Below, piece by piece: positions 37,709 to 45,063 of a stretch of 64,000 nt of DNA (positions are counted from its first letter, which is position 1; the number at the start of each line of letters is the position of its first letter). Made by a program: the position numbers and the translations under genes. A model generated the notes under the pieces. That model made no database searches. It was not told where the DNA came from and worked only from the letters and a program-made list of their open reading frames with translations. Source of the DNA: a virus; the IMG/VR virus record IMGVR_UViG_3300037247_000847, positions 31,948 to 95,947 of that record; one strand, given 5' to 3'.

Positions 37709-38728
37709 TTATTCTTCCAAAAATATACTTCCAGTTTGGACTAAGTCACTTCCTATATCATATCTGCTGCAGAATGCATCGAACGTTTCTGTATGGGTTC
37801 TAATCTTGGACTCGTTTTTAATTCTCTTATCATCTTTTCTTTTGGTGTCGTGCATTTCTTTTAGAATTACGCTGTGTAATATTAGGTCAATTTTCTTAGC
37901 TGTTTTCCGGACCTGATCTCTATGCTCAGGCCAGTTACCAAATTTACTACGAGGAAGATGAATACGAACTTTTGCTCTATCACCACTCTGCAACTTACGA
38001 CGCATCTTGTTGAGGTCTTTTCCATGACTAAGGTCGAGCATAAGCTTTCGTGGTGCTGAAAACTGCACATCCTGTGTCTTAAATTTACGATTTAACAGAA
38101 GCACTCTAGGCTCGAATTGGTCTCCATAATGAATATGATAAGGACATCCTATGTATGTAATAGGACCAAGCTGTTGTGGAACGTGTATATCACCGGAGAA
38201 GATTGGACATCCAAAACGTTGAAATCGTCGAGAGCTAATACCCTCTAATACTCTTCCTGATTCAGATACTGATCCACGAAACGTTTGGTGCATAAATATT
38301 ATACCAACTGATTCCATCTCAGGTTTGCTAAGGATACCCCAGTCCTCCCCAGGTTTGCGGGAGTGGGGTAGAAACAATCTGTTATGATAGATCGTTGGTG
38401 TTGATATATAGGTTACATTGGTATATTTTCCGAGAAAACCGAAGAATGGTTGTATAGGGTCTACATCGTAGTCGTGATTTCCACAGAGTATATACACGTT
38501 AAAGTGTTTTGCTAAAGACCTTATGCAATCCACAACTTTATTTACAAAAAAGTCTGCGTGATAGTTTTTTCTATTAGTAAGATCACCAAGTATTATTACA
38601 GTACCCACTTTGTTTCTAAAGTGTTTTATGATCCATGGAAACAAATCGAAGCGATAACTGTCTTCCCCTTTTTCTGTAAGGTGAAGATCTGTTGTCAACA
38701 ACGCAACTGGATTGAATTTAGATGTCAT
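37709..38728 (-). CDS. sbcD: SbcD/Mre11/T4 gp47-like nuclease
   Basis: TDLH, LGDL, GNHD, GDIH metallophosphoesterase motifs; adjacent to sbcC. Confidence 0.88.
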   Translation of the reverse strand: MTSKFNPVALLTTDLHLTEKGEDSYRFDLFPWIIKHFRNKVGTVIILGDLTNRKNYHADFFVNKVVDCIRSLAKHFNVYILCGNHDYDVDPIQPFFGFLGKYTNVTYISTPTIYHNRLFLPHSRKPGEDWGILSKPEMESVGIIFMHQTFRGSVSESGRVLEGISSRRFQRFGCPIFSGDIHVPQQLGPITYIGCPYHIHYGDQFEPRVLLLNRKFKTQDVQFSAPRKLMLDLSHGKDLNKMRRKLQSGDRAKVRIHLPRSKFGNWPEHRDQVRKTAKKIDLILHSVILKEMHDTKRKDDKRIKNESKIRTHTETFDAFCSRYDIGSDLVQTGSIFLEE

Positions 38729-39266
38729 AACTTAGTTTCCAACCATTTCTGTCCGAGGTACGGTACCATTTATAGTGAGTCATAAAATTTTGAACCGTAT
38801 TAGGGACGTTATCTCCGTTGGTGTTAAACCAATATTCAGCATTTGATCTACCTTCGTTAGCATTACAATTACCTAGTGCTTGCTGGTCCATAGACCAAAG
38901 CCAAAACTCCAACATGTCACATGCTTTAAGCCACTTAAGATCTTCTGCTGATAGATCAAAGTTTATCCCAAGACTGGACTCTATAGAACTTTCAAATCTT
39001 TTAAGTTCATCCATTGTATCCTTTCCTAATAACCATTTAGCAGGTGATGGGATATCTCCTATCCATCTTTCGTGTACATCATGCCATAGTCCAGCTAGTA
39101 TGAGATCTCTGGATGGGTTAGGATGAAGAATAGTTAATAGTGTAGCTACACCCCAACTATGTTCAGCAATACTGTAGCTACCGTGATGTGGGGTAGTATG
39201 ACAACGTTCGGTACTCCCACCTTCGCGGATAGCCCGGACCCTATGAATGGTTTTTAGGATAGACAC
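38718..39266 (-). CDS. HD-domain deoxynucleotide phosphohydrolase (YfbR-like)
   Basis: SIAEHSW, HDVHE...GDIPSPAK, KACD.LE. Confidence 0.82.
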   Translation of the reverse strand: MSILKTIHRVRAIREGGSTERCHTTPHHGSYSIAEHSWGVATLLTILHPNPSRDLILAGLWHDVHERWIGDIPSPAKWLLGKDTMDELKRFESSIESSLGINFDLSAEDLKWLKACDMLEFWLWSMDQQALGNCNANEGRSNAEYWFNTNGDNVPNTVQNFMTHYKWYRTSDRNGWKLSYDI

Positions 39267-39763
39267 TAGAGCCTCCTTCTCAATCTCTTACGTGGTTCAT
39301 TTGCTCGATATTTCCTATAGCCATATAGAGCCAATAGAGCCGCTTCGGCTCGTCCGTGATCTTTCTTTTTGGCAAAGAAGTAGTGATAATCAGGAAATTC
39401 CTCAATAGCTTTGGTGCATGAGTATTCTTTGTCCTTAGTAACTCTCATGATACGTTTCCATTGATTGGGAGGAACTCTAATTATGTTTTTAGTATATACA
39501 ATAACACAACCAAGGATGATACCCTCTACCAATCCACCCTTTCTTGCCGATGATACACCCTCACGAGGTCTAGAACTATTACGTTCTACGTATGCTGCAC
39601 CAAACGGTGCTAACTTACGCACCAAGTCTGCAAATGCTGGTAGGTTAACTTCATTTCCTCGTTTTCGTGCTTTCATAATTGGTACGTCTACAACAATCAG
39701 TTGTTTGCCATCCCACGACGCTAGAGCGCCTTGTAGACCAGGGTCAACACCTAATACCCTCAT
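39266..39763 (-). CDS. ruvC: RuvC-like Holliday junction resolvase
   Basis: VLGVDPGLQGA, YVE, P..WK, DHGRAEAALLA. Confidence 0.82.
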   Translation of the reverse strand: MRVLGVDPGLQGALASWDGKQLIVVDVPIMKARKRGNEVNLPAFADLVRKLAPFGAAYVERNSSRPREGVSSARKGGLVEGIILGCVIVYTKNIIRVPPNQWKRIMRVTKDKEYSCTKAIEEFPDYHYFFAKKKDHGRAEAALLALYGYRKYRANEPRKRLRRRL

Positions 39764-40785
39764 TTGTGATACTTCCTCTTTTGTGGTAAGAAACTGGATT
39801 CCACATCACGCCACCCTTCTGATACATGTTTAGATAGTTCTTCTCTAATATCATCAATGTCATCTAATTTAGAATGTTCAGCATCTTTACGGATTGCTTT
39901 AAGTTCTTTCTGTGTTAAATCAGTACGTTTTGTTTGATGATTTTCCAGCAACCAGTCGATAGACGCACAAACATCTTCGATACCGTACCCAAATAGGACG
40001 GGGAAACTACAAGATCTAAAGGGTAAACCAACTTTGTTCTTTGTGCATTTAACTTTGATGTTTACACCAACGGATCTTTTTACCTTGTTGATTTCGTGTC
40101 TTATTTCTCCTGTATGAGCCAGATATAATATTTGAGAAGCATAGAAGTCTAGAGCCGATCCTCCTGATCTTGTATATTGTCGACCAAACGAGACGTTAAT
40201 CCGTTGTCGTGTCTGACTTATTACCATTAGATGACAGTTACTTTGCTCTAATTTTCTGATGACCCGACGGAACGTTTGTGACATCTTTTTTGCCTTACCC
40301 ATACCGTAGCTGCCCTTATCTATTGCCTCTTTTAATTCAGCAGCATCGGAGAGGGCATCCAAGGAATCCAGAATATATAAACCAGCCTTCTTGACCCTAT
40401 CTATATATTCCATAATGTCGTCATGAAACTCTTCTACGGTATTGAGAGGATGTCGTGGCCTTTCTATTCTTCCTATTGGTATGCCTAACGCATCGGCATA
40501 TTCGTCATCGAACGCTGCTTCGGTCTCAGCAAACCTAGACTTGCACTTTGGGAATGCTCTTGCAAAGTTAGCCATGGCCTCGATAGCTAAAAGAGTTTTA
40601 CCAGTAGACCTGTCCCCAATAATATTAGATACCCTCGCAAGAGGCCACCCCCCTCCGAGGACGTTATCTAGTACGGCAGCTCCACTATGGATGAAGGTGA
40701 ACGATTTGCTAGGGGCAAGAAAATATGCCCCCAGCATCTCGTCTTGCGTGTCACTAAGGTGACGACGCTTACGTGTTTTAGGCAT
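39760..40785 (-). CDS. recA: RecA/UvsX recombinase
   Basis: LGGGWP, GDRSTGKT, LDSLDAL, ISQ.R, SGG.AL.FYAS, KNKV..PFR. Confidence 0.9.
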   Translation of the reverse strand: MPKTRKRRHLSDTQDEMLGAYFLAPSKSFTFIHSGAAVLDNVLGGGWPLARVSNIIGDRSTGKTLLAIEAMANFARAFPKCKSRFAETEAAFDDEYADALGIPIGRIERPRHPLNTVEEFHDDIMEYIDRVKKAGLYILDSLDALSDAAELKEAIDKGSYGMGKAKKMSQTFRRVIRKLEQSNCHLMVISQTRQRINVSFGRQYTRSGGSALDFYASQILYLAHTGEIRHEINKVKRSVGVNIKVKCTKNKVGLPFRSCSFPVLFGYGIEDVCASIDWLLENHQTKRTDLTQKELKAIRKDAEHSKLDDIDDIREELSKHVSEGWRDVESSFLPQKRKYHK

Positions 40786-40815
40786 TGCTACTACAATTAG
40801 GTTGCTATAGGGCTC

Positions 40816-41088
40816 CTAAGCGAATGCCTTAATCGTAGCAACACTAACGCGGAGATTTTCAAGCATCTTCTCTTGAGTGCCCAGCCGATCTTGTACCAGC
40901 TGGTAAACTCCTGCGGCGGGAGATTCTGGCTGTGACTTTTCCTCCTTGGCGGGTTGGGGACCACGGAAGCGAATAATAAAACCCTCCAGTTCTTCTATCT
41001 CCTTTTGTAGCCGATCATTGTGTTCGTTCAGTCTCCCAATGATGTTGTCCATTGAGGTAGCATCACTGACGGCAGTTTCGTTAGACAT
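40816..41088 (-). CDS. Hypothetical coiled-coil protein
   Basis: 90 aa ORF, AGGAG RBS. Confidence 0.65.
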   Translation of the reverse strand: MSNETAVSDATSMDNIIGRLNEHNDRLQKEIEELEGFIIRFRGPQPAKEEKSQPESPAAGVYQLVQDRLGTQEKMLENLRVSVATIKAFA

Positions 41089-41142
41089 GTTGAAGCTCCT
41101 ATTTATTCCAGGGTTTGAACGCAGTCGCTCTTACGATCCAAA

Positions 41143-42276
41143 TCACCGACGACGCTTAGACGACTTTTTCTTTCCCTTTGACTTGGTTGTCTTTTTGGCT
41201 CGATTAGCAGCCTTTTTCAAACGGCTCGCAGACGACTCCTTTTTCTTAGAGCTCTTACGACGCTTAGGCTTTTTCTCCTCCTCATCCTCATCTTCATCGT
41301 CTTCATCGTCATCTTCATCTTCGTCATTATCTTCGTCTTCATCTTCATCATCGTCTTCATCTTCATCATCGTCTTCATCGTCATCTTCATCTTCGTCATT
41401 ATCTTCGTCTTCGTCTTCATCATCGTCTTCGTCTTCATCTTCGTCTTCGTCTTCATCTTCGTCTTTCTTGCTCTTTTTCTTAGAGCTCTTACGACGACGT
41501 GACTTTTTCTTCTTACCTTCATCGTCGTCATCGTCATCTTCGTCTTCGTCATCATCACTAGATGTTGCTTGCCCCTCTAGTATGCTTTGGAGATACTCAT
41601 TGTCGAAGAAAACCAAAGCTTTATTGAGTGGGTTCTCTTGGATAAACGACAATATTCTCTCCATGTCATCTTCGTCAGATACGATTGGTCTTTGTTTTCC
41701 GAGACGGATACCAGTGTACTTGGTCTTTAGCTTGGCTCCCTCTTTGTTGAATAGAATATCGTGACCATCTTCAGGGTGGTCTAACTCAATTACTTCACCA
41801 TCTTCGTCCTTGCAGACCAATACTGTATCTTTCCAGGTTCCAAACGGCATTGCCCAGAGTAGTGGATCAGCTGTATCAGCCTTCCGGTCGATGAGCCACG
41901 CAGCCTTACGCTTTTTATGTTTGAATGAAGATGCGTCGTCAGCTTCACCCTCTTTTGTGAGGCGTTTTTGCTCATCACAAATGGCACATTCCTCATCTTC
42001 TCCCAACATCTTACGGCATAGATATGTCTGCTCGTCAGCTCCAATACCATAGTGTACTAGAAGGGTAAGAGCAAAGTCACTGGGATCTTCAAAGGTTGGT
42101 GGGAGGACACGTATTCGATTAGAGCCATCGTGAGGCTTAAACGTGGGAATGCCATCTTTGATGTAGGCATCAAATTGACCTGAACTCTCAGAGGAGCTCT
42201 TGTCATAATCTTGCTTAGAACGACTCGTATATTTGAAACCCTTTTTCTTATCACGCTTCTTTGTCTTTTTTGCCAT
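41143..42276 (-). CDS. T4 gp32-like single-stranded DNA-binding protein with long acidic/basic tail
   Basis: G.NRIRVLPP, HY...YLC...CAIC Zn site, HP..GHDI..K.G...T.Y; D/E tract; ATG at 42276 after GAGGAG. Confidence 0.78.
   Translation of the reverse strand: MAKKTKKRDKKKGFKYTSRSKQDYDKSSSESSGQFDAYIKDGIPTFKPHDGSNRIRVLPPTFEDPSDFALTLLVHYGIGADEQTYLCRKMLGEDEECAICDEQKRLTKEGEADDASSFKHKKRKAAWLIDRKADTADPLLWAMPFGTWKDTVLVCKDEDGEVIELDHPEDGHDILFNKEGAKLKTKYTGIRLGKQRPIVSDEDDMERILSFIQENPLNKALVFFDNEYLQSILEGQATSSDDDEDEDDDDDDEGKKKKSRRRKSSKKKSKKDEDEDEDEDEDEDDDEDEDEDNDEDEDDDEDDDEDEDDDEDEDEDNDEDEDDDEDDEDEDEEEKKPKRRKSSKKKESSASRLKKAANRAKKTTKSKGKKKSSKRRR
41276..41560 (-). repeat. Low-complexity GAY/GAR codon tract (poly-Asp/Glu) in the SSB
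   Basis: TCATCT/TCGTCT runs on the + strand. Confidence 0.9.
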
Positions 42277-42277
42277 T

Positions 42278-42463
42278 TTATATCTCCTCATCGTTCTGGC
42301 GTTTAGGTTCTGGATGTTTCTCATCCACGTGTAGTAACGTTTCGTACTCGTGTTTAGTGCGGTGCCAAGCGATTGCGGCTAATCTAACTAAACAATACAC
42401 GATGGCAGGGCCACCGAAGATGATAATAATCATCCATGTTAGGTTGGTTATTAATTCTGGCAT
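42278..42463 (-). CDS. Small membrane protein
   Basis: 61 aa with a hydrophobic segment. Confidence 0.55.
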   Translation of the reverse strand: MPELITNLTWMIIIIFGGPAIVYCLVRLAAIAWHRTKHEYETLLHVDEKHPEPKRQNDEEI

Positions 42464-42491
42464 AATTTAGACCTCAGTATGACCTTACTAT

Positions 42492-42665
42492 TTACACCCT
42501 AACGACCTTTTCTTTGCCACACTCCGAACAGCGATAGGTGACGATGCAAGGCTTCGTGCTCGGATTGGTCGTACCTTCCCAGTTAAATTTCGCGTTTCCC
42601 GACTGCTCGATCATAGATGGTAGGATTTCCTTGTTTTTCACGACCCATTTGTGAAGCCAGCACAT
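42492..42665 (-). CDS. Small Zn-binding protein (below the ORF-track cutoff)
   Basis: Hand translation MCWLHKW...YRCSECGKEKVVRV (57 aa), AAGGA RBS. Confidence 0.6.
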   Translation of the reverse strand: MCWLHKWVVKNKEILPSMIEQSGNAKFNWEGTTNPSTKPCIVTYRCSECGKEKVVRV

Positions 42666-42688
42666 GGTTCAATCCTTTCTCATTATTC

Positions 42689-42853
42689 TTAGCTAGGACG
42701 CTTACGATGACGCTTGGCTTGCTTTTTGATCTTATCCCACAATAGAACTGCTGGCAGGGCAACTATCATGAGGATCGGTGCTGTTAGCCAAATTAGTATC
42801 CACCTTGTTATAAAATCCGCCTCAACAAGTGTCTGTCTCATTGTATCTAGCAC
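42689..42853 (-). CDS. Small membrane protein ending KRHRKRPS (below the cutoff)
   Basis: Hand translation, 54 aa, GTG start after AAGGAAGG. Confidence 0.55.
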   Translation of the reverse strand: MLDTMRQTLVEADFITRWILIWLTAPILMIVALPAVLLWDKIKKQAKRHRKRPS

Positions 42854-42869
42854 TGTTCAGATTCCTTCC

Positions 42870-43451
42870 TTATTGAGGACGCTTACGATGACGCTTGACA
42901 CTCGTCTCTCGTCGATCTTTCATCTTACCTGTTATCCGTTCTACTTCAGCCTCCTGTCTTTCCTTACGCATACCTGAGGCTGATCGAGAGGAGTAGTACG
43001 AAGCAAGGAAAAGATCAACCATATCTCTAAGGGCGTAAGACCGATGCCTAAACGATGTGGTTAAAGCTTCCAACCGTCGTTGTGTATGACGTGCGTTAAG
43101 TTGTTTGATCACCATCTTTTTACGATCTTCATCACTAGCGATAATAGCCTTGATCGCATTCTCTGTGATACGATCACCCTCGGTCTCAGCATCTGCTCTT
43201 GCTTGAGTATCGAGGTCAGCTTCTAACTCCTTGATCTGTTCATCTAGCGACTCTACTTGAGACTTAGCTAGTGATGCTGCTTCAGCTACCTCACCGTATA
43301 ATTCTGGTTGCTGCTCGACTTCATCATCCAGCGCATGTTTATCAATTTTCAACCTCTGGCGAAGTTCGTCTGGATCAAATCTCAGCTCCAATTCATAGCT
43401 AGGCCATTCGGTAGCTTTCTTCTTAGTCTTCTTGATCTTTCTTCTTGCCAT
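42870..43451 (-). CDS. Putative UvsY-like recombination mediator
   Basis: LKIDKHALDDE..QQP.LY helical pattern; context near SSB and RecA. Confidence 0.5.
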   Translation of the reverse strand: MARRKIKKTKKKATEWPSYELELRFDPDELRQRLKIDKHALDDEVEQQPELYGEVAEAASLAKSQVESLDEQIKELEADLDTQARADAETEGDRITENAIKAIIASDEDRKKMVIKQLNARHTQRRLEALTTSFRHRSYALRDMVDLFLASYYSSRSASGMRKERQEAEVERITGKMKDRRETSVKRHRKRPQ

Positions 43452-43469
43452 CTTCCTATTCCCTTTTAT

Positions 43470-43564
43470 CCTATTTTAGGACCGCCTCCAAGGCCTGCAG
43501 GCGAGGATTTGACCTTGAAAGGGTAAAACCCCGCTTAAATTTAGTCTCATTAGCCTGCGGGCTT
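43470..43564 (-). repeat. Dispersed structured repeat, copy 4 (more diverged)
   Basis: Core CTGCAGGCCTTGGAGGCGGTCCTAAAATAGG identical to copies 2/3. Confidence 0.9.
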
Positions 43565-43590
43565 CTTATTAGGTTAATACAGTGGGCCTT

Positions 43591-43782
43591 TTAGATATTG
43601 GGCCAAAGGTCGTCACGATGTCGCCGTAACAATTCTTTTATCTTAATCTCGGTTTCCTCGTCGTGGTCCAACATTAGTAATCTAACACGTGTAGCAATAA
43701 TTATTTTATCACGAAATGGGGTCAAGCCGATAATTTCATCAGGTTCATGATCATCTATTGTTAGTAGCATCTTAATTTTCAT
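43591..43782 (-). CDS. Hypothetical protein
   Basis: 63 aa ORF, AAGGA RBS. Confidence 0.55.
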   Translation of the reverse strand: MKIKMLLTIDDHEPDEIIGLTPFRDKIIIATRVRLLMLDHDEETEIKIKELLRRHRDDLWPNI

Positions 43783-43794
43783 GATTTCTTTTCC

Positions 43795-44718
43795 TTAGTC
43801 AAAACATAGACGACCCACAGCCAGCAGGAGGGGCGCTTTACCTTCACGATCCAAGTATGGTTGAGAGAATTCATCCATTATTGCTAACATCCGCTGCGGG
43901 TCCTTTCCTTTGATCGCAACTGTCGTCATGTACCTAAGAACAATTATACGAACAGACTCGGGTGAGCTCTCTATCTTACCTATACACGTGGTAAGTTCTT
44001 TCCATGATGCACCCTTCATGAGAATTCGGCAGAGATCGATCGCTTCCTTTGATGTTCCAACTTCACCAGTGCATAGAGCTCGTACTTCATCCTCGTCTTT
44101 TAAATGACCACAGCGAGCAAGCATAGAGAGAGCTAGTCTTGGGCTACCTTCAGCAGCGTCAGCTATCTCTGTTAGTGCTTCTCGGTTCTTACGTATTGAT
44201 AGTCGTTCAGCTTTTGCTATCTCTGTTAAGAGTTCGAAGATGTCAGTTCTGGGTACTGGTTTCAATACGTAGTCAAGGCACCGTGTACGGACTTCTTTGG
44301 GGACCTTTGATAGTACTGTTGTACATAAGATCCAATAAACATTTTCCGGTGGCTCTTCAAGGATCTTTAGTAAGCTTTTAAAGGCTTGAGCTGATACAGC
44401 GTGGCATTCATCAACTATGACTACTCTTGGTGACCCACCAACTGATTTATATAGCAGGTGTGTCATAAGTTCCCGCATAGCGTCTATTCCAGTTGTCGAT
44501 GCCCCATCAACCTCGATTAGATCAAATGACTTGCACCCAATCTCTTTGGCGATGATTCGTCCAATCGTAGTTTTACCAACACCCGATGGACCAGAGAGTA
44601 GAAAGGATCTACCACGCTTCTTTTTCAATGCTATAGAGATTGATTTGCAAACTGCTGATTGCCCCTTGACATCATCAAAATTAGTTGGACGATATTTGTT
44701 GATAAGTTCATTAGTCAT
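43795..44718 (-). CDS. dnaX: Clamp loader AAA+ ATPase (DnaX gamma/tau-like)
   Basis: KYRP..FDDVKGQ, GPSGVGKTT, VDECH, LLKILEEPP, RTRC, GSPR. Confidence 0.88.
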   Translation of the reverse strand: MTNELINKYRPTNFDDVKGQSAVCKSISIALKKKRGRSFLLSGPSGVGKTTIGRIIAKEIGCKSFDLIEVDGASTTGIDAMRELMTHLLYKSVGGSPRVVIVDECHAVSAQAFKSLLKILEEPPENVYWILCTTVLSKVPKEVRTRCLDYVLKPVPRTDIFELLTEIAKAERLSIRKNREALTEIADAAEGSPRLALSMLARCGHLKDEDEVRALCTGEVGTSKEAIDLCRILMKGASWKELTTCIGKIESSPESVRIIVLRYMTTVAIKGKDPQRMLAIMDEFSQPYLDREGKAPLLLAVGRLCFD

Positions 44719-44891
44719 GCTCGTCTCCAAGTAAGTTGTAGTTTACCTTTACCCCACCAAAGTTGAAATATTCCACGTGCATCTGATGTAGTATGTCTCT
44801 GACGGGCGTGTTGTGACATGTAGAACTTCTTTGGACACTTCCACGCAAACTCTTTTGGGTAGAAGAATTCAATGCCTATATCTAAGACCAT
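44715..44891 (-). CDS. Small hypothetical protein (below the cutoff)
   Basis: Hand translation MVLDIGIEFFYPK...LTWRRA (58 aa), ATGA-coupled to the clamp loader. Confidence 0.5.
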   Translation of the reverse strand: MVLDIGIEFFYPKEFAWKCPKKFYMSQHARQRHTTSDARGIFQLWWGKGKLQLTWRRA

Positions 44892-44910
44892 ACCCTTTCT
44901 TCCTCTCTAA

Positions 44911-45063
44911 TCACGTTCTATCCATCCAATAACACTTTGGACAACATTTTCCTCCTGGAAGATATACTACTAGATATTCGTAACATTTAGGACAAGTTAT
45001 TTGTGGGGACCTAAATAGCCACGTAGAAAATAACCAGTCCCAAAAATTATTCCAGATACTCAT
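44911..45063 (-). CDS. Small CxxC/CxxC protein (below the cutoff)
   Basis: Hand translation with CPKC...CCPKC (50 aa), TGATG-coupled to the polymerase. Confidence 0.5.
   Translation of the reverse strand: MSIWNNFWDWLFSTWLFRSPQITCPKCYEYLVVYLPGGKCCPKCYWMDRT

Noticed and set aside
38718-39266. DatZ of a 2-aminoadenine (Z) genome
   Set aside because: No PurZ is visible; the cluster points to thymidine modification. Genes outside the window cannot be excluded
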